From the NCBI GenBank assembly GCA_963737155.1, contig CAVTRN010000002.1:1664001-1728000 (forward strand): a stretch of DNA of 64,000 nucleotides. Direction: 5' to 3'. The stretch comes from Nitrospirota bacterium. GTDB lineage: Bacteria; Nitrospirota; UBA9217. Below, piece by piece: positions 30,548-40,341 of this stretch (its first letter is position 1; each line of letters starts with the position of its first letter). Under the pieces are notes generated by a model. The model was not told where the DNA came from. It saw only the letters and a list, made by a program, of their open reading frames with translations, and made no database searches. Position numbers and translations under genes: made by a program.

Positions 30548-31942
30548 ATGACTAATCAAAAACCGATCCTGCTTCTCAAGAATCTCTCGGCAAAGATCTC
30601 AGGTGTCCACCCCCTACTTTACATTGTTTTGTACATATCAGCGATTCCAGTATTTGCTGGGATATATTTCGCGATACCCTCCGGGTTTTATGCTCCATAT
30701 GCACGACTTGAATATAGCGGTCAGTCAGATGCATACCAAACAGGCGTCCTAATTCAAACTGCCATTCGACGAGCATTGCACGCGCGTTCCTCGAAATCAT
30801 CTGTGTTGGTTCAGAAGCTGAAGGAAAAAGAAGAAATGCTCTATGTCCAAAGACTGTCTGCAATGGATAGCTCAAAAATAAAATTCGAAGTGTTGGCGAT
30901 GCTTTGGGACGAGGGGAAAAGAGGATACATCCAAATCCCCATGAACATAGTGATGCAAGCGTCTTCAGGAATTATTGCATACTCGTCGCGTACTGGTCCA
31001 AAACTGTTTCGATTCGTAGAATTGGACAATGCGGACAGAATTCCAGTCGAATTGCGACATATAGTTTATTCGGCATTTGTGGAGATATTTCGACCACCAG
31101 ATGATATATTTGGTCATGCACCTTTACTAGAACTATCTAGTGATGAGGATCAAAAGCTATCGCGATTCTTCGATGGAATCGGGGGCGATGCCACTGCCAT
31201 AAGTGGAGCATATGGCCGAATGCTATATTTCAGCTCGATGGTTATCACGACTGTCGGTTTTGGTGATATAGTCCCAATAACTGGGCTTGCACGAACTGTC
31301 GTTGCGTTGGAAGCAGCGCTGGGGATTATTTTAGCCGGTCTTTTCCTGAACGCTCTCGCTAACAATCTACTGATAAAAAGTCAATCAATAATTAAATTTA
31401 TTACTGAAAAGGGTAAAGTAAAATATCTATCAGGAATAATATTTGGAGAAAATACCTTTCAAAATGACAATTTATTGTTTTTCAATGGAAAATCAAATTA
31501 TATAGATTTTAAGCAAAGGGAATTTCAATTACCGATAACCATTCAAATGGAATTTAAATTAAATAAGGAAAACGAATGGTGGGCAACATTATTTAGCTGG
31601 AATAATATTGAACAACCACATGATGGAATTCAAATCGCATTAGAAAGAAATAACGAAAATATAGCAAATAGAATTGTTGGTAGAATAGGTGAAGCGGGTA
31701 AAGGTGATATCTTTTCAGATATTGAGATGGATAAAGATCGAAATTGGCATACTGTAACATTATCTGCAGATATTTCTAATATTTATTTAAAGATAGATAG
31801 CTCTGAGACAAAGCAAAAAGCCCGCGAAGATAGATGGTTACCAGATGGCAAAAGATATAATTTGTATATCGGAAAATCGTTTTTAGATGAATTTTTCAAT
31901 GGTACTATCAGAAATATTCAAGTATCCAATCAAAAGCCATAA
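30548..31942 (+). CDS. Two-TM potassium-channel-family protein with a C-terminal LamG/ConA-like domain
   Basis: YFSSMVITTVGFGDIVP pore motif. C-terminal FNGKSNYI...WHTVT...LYIG...FFNGTIRNI. Confidence 0.75.
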   Translation: MTNQKPILLLKNLSAKISGVHPLLYIVLYISAIPVFAGIYFAIPSGFYAPYARLEYSGQSDAYQTGVLIQTAIRRALHARSSKSSVLVQKLKEKEEMLYVQRLSAMDSSKIKFEVLAMLWDEGKRGYIQIPMNIVMQASSGIIAYSSRTGPKLFRFVELDNADRIPVELRHIVYSAFVEIFRPPDDIFGHAPLLELSSDEDQKLSRFFDGIGGDATAISGAYGRMLYFSSMVITTVGFGDIVPITGLARTVVALEAALGIILAGLFLNALANNLLIKSQSIIKFITEKGKVKYLSGIIFGENTFQNDNLLFFNGKSNYIDFKQREFQLPITIQMEFKLNKENEWWATLFSWNNIEQPHDGIQIALERNNENIANRIVGRIGEAGKGDIFSDIEMDKDRNWHTVTLSADISNIYLKIDSSETKQKAREDRWLPDGKRYNLYIGKSFLDEFFNGTIRNIQVSNQKP

Positions 31943-32035
31943 ATTGTATTCACCGCACTTTTCGTTGTTGGATATTCTTTTCGTGATGATCATGTTCGAA
32001 GAATTTTCTGGGATGTTGCTCCCAAAGGTATTAAT

Positions 32036-32215
32036 ATGGCAATCGTAATCAAAAACGGAGTTAAAGGGAAAGTTTGCTCCACATGTCGCAAATGGAAGCC
32101 GCTAGACGACTTCCCAACAGATCCCACCCACGGTCCTACGCAAGGCGGTCATCACTGCCGGTGTAAAGAATGTCATCGCAATGGAGCAAGATTTAAGAGA
32201 CAAGAAAACTCATGA
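32036..32215 (+). CDS. Small zinc-finger protein (59 aa)
   Basis: MAIVIKNGVKGKVCSTCRKWKPLDDF...CRCKEC. Below the ORF-track length cutoff. Confidence 0.45.
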   Translation: MAIVIKNGVKGKVCSTCRKWKPLDDFPTDPTHGPTQGGHHCRCKECHRNGARFKRQENS

Positions 32216-32247
32216 TGGTGTCTTTCGGTCTATGGTTTTTGAGGAGG

Positions 32248-32410
32248 GTAGAGTAAGAGATCGGGCGTAGTCGGACTATTTCCCGATCTCTCCTCTCCGA
32301 ACCGGACTTGCACCTCTCAGCGCATCCAGCTCTCCATTCAAGTGTTGCTCAATGCAAAGGCAACGTCAGCATAGCTCGATTCGATAGTGCGGCGTTTCTC
32401 GTCGCGTAGT
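32248..32410 (-). ncRNA. 3' remnant of a group II intron (end of IEP ORF, domains V-VI)
   Basis: The minus strand has GAGAGCTGGATGCGCTGAGAGGTGCAAGTCCGGTTCGGAGAGG (DV, AGC triad), then a DVI stem ending ...CTCTAC. Confidence 0.8.
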
Positions 32411-32582
32411 CGGAACGACTGTCCGAACTCGATCGGAATGGGTGTCCGATCCTGTTGCGTATAAGCATACGTCCCAAAATATTAAAGTCACTTCAATTTG
32501 TCGTATTCAAAATATACGGATTGTCCTTTATGCCACGGTAGTTTAGTTTTTAAGAAAACTGTAGAAAGCATCCTGTGTGTCA

Positions 32583-32963
32583 CTACTTTAGTTTTTTCTC
32601 CCGCTCAGCGAGAAGATTTTGACCCTCAATAAAACGCAATGTTTCTATTTTTTGTTTTTTACTCATTTTCTCTAATAACCCAAGTATTTTTATTGTTTCA
32701 TCATCATATAAATCCCCACTCTTCGCCGATTGGTTTAGCTTAACAACAGTAAAGTCCGTGCAAACATCATTGTTAGATAAAATCCAATTAATAGATTTTC
32801 CGGTTATCTCAGAAAGCTTTTTTAATATGGGAGCAGGTGGAAACCGATCCCCTGATTCGTAATATCTATAGGCACGAAAAGACACCCCTAGCCTCTCAGC
32901 AAATTTCTTTTGAGAAGAACTTCCTCGAATATCCTTAAGTCTTGAACCAAAATCATATTTCAT
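32583..32963 (-). CDS. XRE/CI-like HTH repressor
   Basis: FGSRLKDIRG..SQKKFAERLGVS...YESG.R.P...INWIL. Confidence 0.88.
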   Translation of the reverse strand: MKYDFGSRLKDIRGSSSQKKFAERLGVSFRAYRYYESGDRFPPAPILKKLSEITGKSINWILSNNDVCTDFTVVKLNQSAKSGDLYDDETIKILGLLEKMSKKQKIETLRFIEGQNLLAEREKKLK

Positions 32964-32969
32964 TGTATG

Positions 32970-33021
32970 GGTACAGTTGTGCCACTATAATCTTGACAAA
33001 TGGCACGAACATGCCTATAAT
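32970..33021 (+). promoter_or_regulatory. Consensus sigma70 promoter with two palindromic operators
   Basis: TTGACA (32993-32998), 17 bp, TATAAT (33016-33021). GGTACAGTTGTGCC (32970-32983) and GGCACGAACATGCC (33002-33015) both fit GGyA-N6-TGCC. Confidence 0.75.
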
Positions 33022-33743
33022 CCCCAAAAATGATGATGTACAGTGCTTTTCGTATAATACATAATATTTTTCAGATATTAGTCTATTTTATTTGCCATGT
33101 CTACGTTTAATTTTAAAACGAGATTAGTCCTTTCTCATACAAAAAATATTACCTTTAGTAAATTACATAAAAAGAAAGGTGGGGATTTATTTGAAAAAAT
33201 ATAGAGAAGCTCTCAATAAATTATCAAATTCAAATATTCCATTATCGCAGATGCTACAAATACTTAGCTCTCATTCGATGCGGATATTTCAACTTCAATA
33301 CTTAGAGGCAACAAATGTTTTGCACAAAGGGCCTGTAACGCCAACAGATTTCGGTGATTCTCGATTCAATCAACATAAACCAATAAAAGTTATTCCCAAA
33401 AGACGCAATGGTAAAATCAAATGACTAAATTAAATACCGCATCGTCAAAACAATATGTGCTCGATAATTGTATACGAGATAGTCATAAGATGAATCATCG
33501 TATTCTCCAGAAATACTAAAGACACGATCACCGTAATTGTTTATCTTAAAGATAGACTATAAGCAGGTCTAGATATGATAATGATCTTTGTTCTGGTCAT
33601 TTTGTCTATTCTTGCAGTGATGATATCTGCGGATTCATCTTTTGGGAACCCTTTTACGAACAACTATATTCCAGGCGAAGACAACTCTCATCTTCAGTCC
33701 GTCGCGGTTATTGAATTATTCCTCTTTAGGAGTTGAACTGTCT

Positions 33744-35210
33744 ATGATGAAACCTGCCAAGAAGATTCTCTTACCACATATCGAGATAACCGTAGTCTCC
33801 ACATCGAAAGCCCCTGATGCATCCGGAGTTATTTTGCCTAGCCAAACTGGTGATGACGCCGAATTGATGTACTTCATAAGCCCGAAGCGCATGGGCAAAT
33901 CCGGTGAGCGAGTAGATGGGGAACCTGTCTGGGCAAAGCAGCAATACAACCACTTCCCTGTCGCGCTGGATAGTCACGGCGTGCCTTGGGCTGAAGCGGA
34001 GGTCTACATCCTTTCGAAGTTGGATGGTCTTGCCGGCCCGTCCATGGCAACATATATCGCGATCGCGAATGATCTTTCTGAGTACCGGAGGTTCCTGGAC
34101 GAAACCGGGCTTGATTGGCTGCACTTCCCGTCTCAGAAATTCGCCAGGCCGACCTACAGGTTCAACGGTCACCTAAAATATGCTGTCCAAGCTGGGAAGA
34201 TTGCAGCTACATACGCTCAACGGCAAATGGGTACAGTAATCGGTTTATACCGGTGGCTTATAGATGAGGAGGTTTTCGAGCCACAGAATCCTCCGTGGAA
34301 GGAATCTGACCGGTACATCAACTTTAAGGACTCCCGTGGTTTTGCCCAATCCAAGAAGGTAGTTACCACGGACGTTTCCATAAAGGTCGCCAAGCAGCAT
34401 GACCCCTATGACGGATATATTGACGATGGTGGGAAGCTGCGTCCACTCACCTATGAGGAGCAGGGGTGGGTCATGGACGCCCTCGTTACTCTTGGCAACA
34501 CTGAGATGACCCTTATCCATTTGCTCGGGATGCTGACAGGCGCCAGGATCCAAACTGCCCTCACCTTCAAAGTATCTCACACAAAGTTACCTCTTAGCAG
34601 CGATGTGTTCGGGGAGATCCGGATCCCAATCGGACCGGGTACTAGGATTGACTCGAAGAACAATAAAAAGATGACACTTCATATCCCTGCCTGGTTTTAC
34701 GAAATGCTAAAGCTCTACGCCAACAGCACACACGCCATCAAGCGCAGGGAAAAGGCAAAAGGTGGAGACACCGATGACCAGTACCTCTTTCTGAGCATCA
34801 GAGGGGCGCCTCTATACGAGGACAAGGCAGATTCGATGGAGTTTGATGAAAACAACGATACCCGCTATGCCAGGACCGGGCAGGGGGTTCGCCAATTTAT
34901 TACGGAAAGGGTGCTCCCCTTCATCCTGCAGAAATATGGTGCTATGAAGTTCAAATATCGGTTCCACGACACTCGGGCAACGGCTGGCATGAACTGGACA
35001 GACCATCAGTTGAAGCTTGTTGAACTGAAGAAGACCACTCTTTTCAGCGCAAGAGAATTTATTAAGACACGGATGGGCCACGAGTCGTCAATGACCACCG
35101 ATCGCTATCTTCAGTTCCGTGAAAACCTGAAATTCGTGCAATGGGCAGGCCAGGAGTACGACAACCACCTGAAACGTCTCGCCAGTTTGATTATGAAAGA
35201 TGTTCGATGA
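33744..35210 (+). CDS. Tyrosine recombinase (GinA-like)
   Basis: TGAR, HDTR, MGH and DRY catalytic residues. AGGAG RBS before the ATG at 33744. Confidence 0.88.
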   Translation: MMKPAKKILLPHIEITVVSTSKAPDASGVILPSQTGDDAELMYFISPKRMGKSGERVDGEPVWAKQQYNHFPVALDSHGVPWAEAEVYILSKLDGLAGPSMATYIAIANDLSEYRRFLDETGLDWLHFPSQKFARPTYRFNGHLKYAVQAGKIAATYAQRQMGTVIGLYRWLIDEEVFEPQNPPWKESDRYINFKDSRGFAQSKKVVTTDVSIKVAKQHDPYDGYIDDGGKLRPLTYEEQGWVMDALVTLGNTEMTLIHLLGMLTGARIQTALTFKVSHTKLPLSSDVFGEIRIPIGPGTRIDSKNNKKMTLHIPAWFYEMLKLYANSTHAIKRREKAKGGDTDDQYLFLSIRGAPLYEDKADSMEFDENNDTRYARTGQGVRQFITERVLPFILQKYGAMKFKYRFHDTRATAGMNWTDHQLKLVELKKTTLFSAREFIKTRMGHESSMTTDRYLQFRENLKFVQWAGQEYDNHLKRLASLIMKDVR

Positions 35211-37126
35211 GAAAATACACCCAGCACCCTACTGCTTTGTATGACCTCCCACTGGCCAACGGGATGCAGATCCTCCGAGCGGAGCAGGTTATTCTCCGCT
35301 TTGGTTCTGTAGGTTCTGTCGACATAGGGTCTCTCTGCTACTTACACCGAGGGACCTACAAACGTAAGTTCGTTAACGATAGTCTGATGGTGGATAGCTC
35401 CTCTTTTGACAGTTCGAGAGCGAAAAGGGTGTCGGAGCTGATAGAGTTTATATCAGTGTGTGTTCGCCACACAGGGCAGCGTACAAGTACGCTCTTTAAA
35501 AAGTTTATAGACTTTTCTAAAGTATTCATGGCCTGGTCGGATGGGAATGGGCACACCGATCTTTTCGATGATGAAGATACCGCTCGGAACGCCTTCCGAG
35601 GTTTTGTGGCTCATCTCCGTGAACGGGTTATCCAAAATCAAATCACTGTGAATAGTGCGGCCCGTTACCAAATACATGTCTTGTGGGTTCTGGAAAATTT
35701 TCTTGGGATAGATAATCTTGCAAGGGGCGTGAATCTCCTTGTGCAAAACTCTAAGGCAACTGAGCAGACAATGCCGCCTTGTGAAAACACTCAAAGCAAG
35801 GTGATGGCTCTTTGTGAAGCGCTTTTCTTTGGTCTCAGTGAATTGGTTATTGAAGCCAGAGATTACCCTTTCCGGCTAAAAATGCCCGACTACCTCCAAT
35901 GGAAATCGAATGCGATTTGGGTCTTCCCTCATATAAAATGGTGTATTCCTCCTCTAGACGATGGCTGCTACGATCGGAGTTTGCAACCTCGGGGGTTTAA
36001 CTATGCTGCCGGCAGAGTAGCCTCCTTGGATGAAATCAAGCAAAAGTGCCCGACAAAGTCGTTAAAGTTTTTCAAGCCCACGGCAACCCTCAGACGCGCT
36101 CAGAAGAGAATCTCTACAGCGAATCAGGACCCTCGTGATTATGCCCGCATCCAGGCCGCCCAAATGGCGCTCAATGCTTTCATTGATATGTTCGTTGCTA
36201 GCACGGCGATGAACGCAACTCAAATAATAGAATTGGCCTGGGGGGACGATGAATTCAAGCTTGGCGTTGAGCGCCAAGGATTCAGGACGCTCAAATGGAG
36301 AGCCGGCGGCAAGAGATGCTCGTTTGAAATATCTCCGGTATTTATACCTAAATTCAGGCGGTTTCTGAATTTGCGTCGGTATCTTTTAAACGGTGTAGAA
36401 TGTGATTATCTCTTTTTCACTTTGGGGGCAAATGCCGGTAAATCCTCTATCCCACGACGACTAATAAATAGATTTGCCGTTTCTTTTGCCGAGTCGCTAA
36501 GAAGATTTGATCCTAGTGTGAATGTGACAGCCAGAGAGTGGCGGGCCGCAAAGAGCGATTGGTTGATCAAAAAAACGGATCCTGCTACTGCTGCCCTTAT
36601 CCTTCAGAACTCAGAAAGAACGCTCTTGAAAAGCTATGCAGCTGGTTCTCCAACGGAGCACCTGAACGAAATGACGAGGTATTTCGACAGGGTTTCAAAT
36701 GTGGTGGCTAACAGGGGGCAACAGATCGAGCATGGTGTTGAGCGAGCTACAGGGGTTTGTTGTGACTACGGGTCCCCGCACGAGGTGTCCCAAAACGCTC
36801 CGGTTACGCCTGATTGTCGTGCTCCTGAAGGATGCCTGTTTTGCGACAAGTTCAAGGTGCATGCCGATGAGCGAGACACAAGAAAACTATTGAGTTGCCG
36901 CTTCTGCTTGTTGCTGACAGCCCCACTTGCGGCGAGCCAAGAACAATTCGAGCGCTTGTTCTCTCCGATCCTTGACCGCATCCAAGTGATCCTTGACGAA
37001 ATTGATGTCAGGGAACCCGGGATGGTTTCCCGAATAAAGGTAGAAGTGGAGGAAGATGGCGAACTTGATCCGTACTGGGCGGGGAAAATAGAAATGCTGA
37101 CTACCCTTGAGCTGGTGACTTTATAA
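35207..37126 (+). CDS. Degenerate tyrosine recombinase-like protein (GinB-like)
   Basis: TAMN in place of the first R, then EWR, LQN and KSY, with a Cys-rich C-terminus (GCLFC). ATGA overlap with the upstream gene. Confidence 0.8.
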   Translation: MRKYTQHPTALYDLPLANGMQILRAEQVILRFGSVGSVDIGSLCYLHRGTYKRKFVNDSLMVDSSSFDSSRAKRVSELIEFISVCVRHTGQRTSTLFKKFIDFSKVFMAWSDGNGHTDLFDDEDTARNAFRGFVAHLRERVIQNQITVNSAARYQIHVLWVLENFLGIDNLARGVNLLVQNSKATEQTMPPCENTQSKVMALCEALFFGLSELVIEARDYPFRLKMPDYLQWKSNAIWVFPHIKWCIPPLDDGCYDRSLQPRGFNYAAGRVASLDEIKQKCPTKSLKFFKPTATLRRAQKRISTANQDPRDYARIQAAQMALNAFIDMFVASTAMNATQIIELAWGDDEFKLGVERQGFRTLKWRAGGKRCSFEISPVFIPKFRRFLNLRRYLLNGVECDYLFFTLGANAGKSSIPRRLINRFAVSFAESLRRFDPSVNVTAREWRAAKSDWLIKKTDPATAALILQNSERTLLKSYAAGSPTEHLNEMTRYFDRVSNVVANRGQQIEHGVERATGVCCDYGSPHEVSQNAPVTPDCRAPEGCLFCDKFKVHADERDTRKLLSCRFCLLLTAPLAASQEQFERLFSPILDRIQVILDEIDVREPGMVSRIKVEVEEDGELDPYWAGKIEMLTTLELVTL

Positions 37127-39153
37127 TGATTTATGAACCTAAAATACCTTTATCCGAGGCTGCTGTCCCCCCCGATTCATATGACGATTCCGTCGGACTG
37201 ATCCCTCCTGATGACTTTGTCGTAAGCAGATTTCATGACGGCACGGTGGCGTCTCGCTACATGGACATGTCCTGGAACCGTACGCCTTATGACCCGGACG
37301 GACACCCTTCTTGGTTGCGGTTCCCTTTCTGGAAGTACAAGCACCTTACGTTGGAGCAAGAAAGTCTGAACCGTGAGGTTCATTGGTTAATGTTTTTACT
37401 TACATGGAAAAGACCAAGACTCACGCTGTCTTTTTCAAGTCTCGAAAGCTATATGTGCTTTTTCAGGATGCTTACCAAGACCGCTTATGCCAGTTCCTGC
37501 CAGATCAAGGAGATACTTTCCGACGAGACCCGCATCATGCATTTAATAGACAGTGGGGGGATTGGCTATAGGAATATTGGGCTCCTATCGAGTTTGCTTT
37601 CCTTTTTGTTAAAGTTGGGGACAGAGGGCTCCGGACTGTTTGTCCCTGGCAGGAAGGTACTGCGGCAGTTGAACCAGCACTACAATCAGTCTAGGGACGA
37701 GTCCAAGCAAACTCCGCCCATCCCGACCAGAATCTATACCAAAATAATCGTTGGTCTTTTGCGTGAACTCGAAGAGTTCGAGAAGGTTGCAGATCGTTAT
37801 TTTGCCTTGCTGACAGAATGTCTTAGTGACCCGCTTATGGGGAGGTCTCGTACCATTCAATACTGCAAGGTTGTGCGGCTAGGGCTCACGGATAAGGCAC
37901 CGCGCCCACACTTTAGCCAACTTCTAAGGAAATATGATCTTGAGGATTACTTTGCTTCACGACAGTTAGTGCATGACGTAACTGGGTTATCGTCCGGGCT
38001 TTCGGAGGCACAGGAGGTCGCCAAACTACTGATTCAAACCTTCAGTGGCATGCGCGATGATGAGTCAGCCGAGTTGCCCTTCCATAGCCTGATAACATCG
38101 GTCAGTGACGACAGAACCCACTACTTGTTGGCAGGGAGAACTACGAAACTGAACAATGGTCTATTCAAGAGGACGAAGTGGGCTACCAGTCGTGAAGGTC
38201 AAAAGGCCGTCTTATTGGCACAACGTATTGCCACTGCTATCTATGAATCGATGGGAGAATCACCGGAGCCGGATATGGAACGGATCAACAACTATCCCCT
38301 TTTGGTGTCTACTGCATACCTTCCCATCAATGCCAGGCTTATAGCTAAAGGACACAAGGGGTTTCTGGCCGGCGGATTCAAACTCGCCGATTTTGGGAAA
38401 ATTAAGGTGCGGTTACTGGCCAAGATTGAAGAATCTGACATTCGGGAATTGGAGCAAATAGACCCTCACCGGGCTTGGCGTTCGGAGGCTGCATTTCAGA
38501 TCGGTTGCGCGTGGCCATTTGAAACACACCAACTTCGCCGGTCGCTGGCCCTGTATGCGCAACGGTCTGGGTTGGTGTCCCTTCCCTCGTTACGCCGGCA
38601 GCTGCAGCACATCACCGAGGAGATGTCTCGTTACTATGCTCGGGGATCCGCATATGCCAAGAACTTCATTGGTGATGACCCGGAGCACTTCGGGCTGGAA
38701 TGGCAGGAGACCGCCACTGAGTCGGCCGCACTCAGCTACTTCCTTAACGTGCTGTACTCTGATGAGGTTCTTTTTGGCGGGCACGTTAACTGGATGGAGC
38801 ACTATTTGAAATCTGCTGACGGGACAGTCTGTGTTGACCGTGAGACAACCATGCGTCGATTTAAGAAGGGGGAACTTTCCTACCGGGAAACCAGCCTTGG
38901 CGGTTGCACTAACGTCAATGAATGCAAGTCGGTCCCGATCAAATGGCTTGATATCGATTGCATCGAGAAATGTTCGAACCTAGTAGGAAAGCTATCAAAA
39001 CTTGAAGAAGTGATAGTAGTTCAAAAAAATTGGGTTGCGACGCTCGATCCTAAAAGCATCGAGTATCGGACTGAGAAAGAAGATCTAGCCGTTTTGGTTG
39101 GGGCACATGAAAAAATCCTCAGAAGGCAGGACAAGGGAGGTGTAGTTGCATGA
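37126..39153 (+). CDS. Tyrosine recombinase (GinC-like)
   Basis: SGMR, HQLRR, LQH and RYY motifs. TAATG overlap. Confidence 0.85.
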   Translation: MIYEPKIPLSEAAVPPDSYDDSVGLIPPDDFVVSRFHDGTVASRYMDMSWNRTPYDPDGHPSWLRFPFWKYKHLTLEQESLNREVHWLMFLLTWKRPRLTLSFSSLESYMCFFRMLTKTAYASSCQIKEILSDETRIMHLIDSGGIGYRNIGLLSSLLSFLLKLGTEGSGLFVPGRKVLRQLNQHYNQSRDESKQTPPIPTRIYTKIIVGLLRELEEFEKVADRYFALLTECLSDPLMGRSRTIQYCKVVRLGLTDKAPRPHFSQLLRKYDLEDYFASRQLVHDVTGLSSGLSEAQEVAKLLIQTFSGMRDDESAELPFHSLITSVSDDRTHYLLAGRTTKLNNGLFKRTKWATSREGQKAVLLAQRIATAIYESMGESPEPDMERINNYPLLVSTAYLPINARLIAKGHKGFLAGGFKLADFGKIKVRLLAKIEESDIRELEQIDPHRAWRSEAAFQIGCAWPFETHQLRRSLALYAQRSGLVSLPSLRRQLQHITEEMSRYYARGSAYAKNFIGDDPEHFGLEWQETATESAALSYFLNVLYSDEVLFGGHVNWMEHYLKSADGTVCVDRETTMRRFKKGELSYRETSLGGCTNVNECKSVPIKWLDIDCIEKCSNLVGKLSKLEEVIVVQKNWVATLDPKSIEYRTEKEDLAVLVGAHEKILRRQDKGGVVA

Positions 39154-40019
39154 AACAACAGCCACTTGACGCCTATTTTGTCGCCTTGGAACGGTTAAAA
39201 CAACGAGTCCCTACAGTTGTCCCTAAGGGGACAAAGATAACCAATGATGCTGTAGCCCTTGAGGCTGGGCGGGGAAAGGGAAGTATCAAAAAGTCGAGAG
39301 ACGTTTTCTCGGATCTGATTATTGCTATAGACGAAGCCGCGGCAGAACAGGCCAAGCCTAAAAATGAGAAAAAAGTTCAATTGGAGAAAGCCAAAGGCAC
39401 TGCGCACCAACTGCGACGGGAACTTGAAGCGGCATTGGGACGGGAGGTTTCTTTGCTCCAGGAACTCTTTGAGACCAAGCAGAAATTGGCCAAACTAACG
39501 GGTGGAAACGTTCTGCCGATCCGCGGTCTGAACTCTAAAGGCCGAATGGAACACAAGGCCGAAATTAAGGAAATTATTATCCTCATCGGAATCCCCGCAA
39601 GTGGAAAGTCAACATTTTATGATACACGGCTCAGCAAAACGCATGTTAGGTTGAGTCTCGATATCGTAAAATCTCGATTCCGTGAAATGACACTTTTCAA
39701 AGAATATTTAGCTGCAAAGCTGAGTGTAGTTGTAGACAATACAAATGTAACTACTTCCGACCGAAATCGTTATATAGAACCAGCCAAAGCGGCAGGCTTT
39801 CAGGTTAAAGGCTTCTACTTTGAAGCGGACGTAAAAGAATCTCTATTGCGTAACGAGTTGAGAGTGGGCAAGAACAAGCTGCCAGCAGTAGCAATCTATA
39901 CCTCAAACATGAAAATGGAACTCCCAAGGCTAGATGAAGGATTTGATGAGCTTTATACTGTGAACCTTGCTCCTGCTGGAGAGTTCAGAATTTCACGTTG
40001 GAACCTCGAAAAGCAATAG
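39150..40019 (+). CDS. GinD-like small coiled-coil protein fused to an AAA_33/PNK-like P-loop kinase
   Basis: The N-terminal ~130 aa have TNDAVALEAGRGKGSIKKSR and a coiled coil. The C-terminal part has GIPASGKST, VVDNTN...R and EGFD. ATGA overlap. Confidence 0.75.
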   Translation: MKQQPLDAYFVALERLKQRVPTVVPKGTKITNDAVALEAGRGKGSIKKSRDVFSDLIIAIDEAAAEQAKPKNEKKVQLEKAKGTAHQLRRELEAALGREVSLLQELFETKQKLAKLTGGNVLPIRGLNSKGRMEHKAEIKEIIILIGIPASGKSTFYDTRLSKTHVRLSLDIVKSRFREMTLFKEYLAAKLSVVVDNTNVTTSDRNRYIEPAKAAGFQVKGFYFEADVKESLLRNELRVGKNKLPAVAIYTSNMKMELPRLDEGFDELYTVNLAPAGEFRISRWNLEKQ

Positions 40020-40341
40020 ACGATGATGCAGGTCAAAACAAGGAACGCCAAATCAACGAACAACGACCTTGACAAGTTTCATAATCAGCTTGAGTCTGTT
40101 CTAGTCGGCATTGTCGAGCATTTATTTTATTGAGCGGCGCAGGTCGTTGGCTTTCGCTTCGGTGCAGCTGTCGGTTTTTTGACCAGATTTCTGAAATTCT
40201 CTTTTACAGCAAAAAAGCAATAAATACCACTTCAACCACCTTCTCCCTCTTAATCTGTTTTCTGGACTTTTGCGACCATTTGTAGTAATCTCTTAAACAA
40301 TTCAATTATTTGCGTCCGTTGCATCCCTCTTTTTATAAATA

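Larger units (their letters stand above)
16654..32467. mobile_element. Non-autonomous 15.8-kb element with IS21-family-type ends
   Basis: TG...CA termini. Left end TGCAGATTCCGATTGGCATCGGACACCGATTCC and reverse-complemented right end TGCTTATACGCAACAGGATCGGACACCCATTCC, both with tandem ~23-24-bp internal repeats. 5-bp direct repeat TACGT at 16649-16653 and 32468-32472. No istA/istB inside. Confidence 0.8.

Noticed and set aside
19104-32410. The two group II intron fragments as ends of one giant intron
   Set aside because: On the minus strand they are in the wrong order, and the DV has an AGC triad, unlike typical IIC introns.
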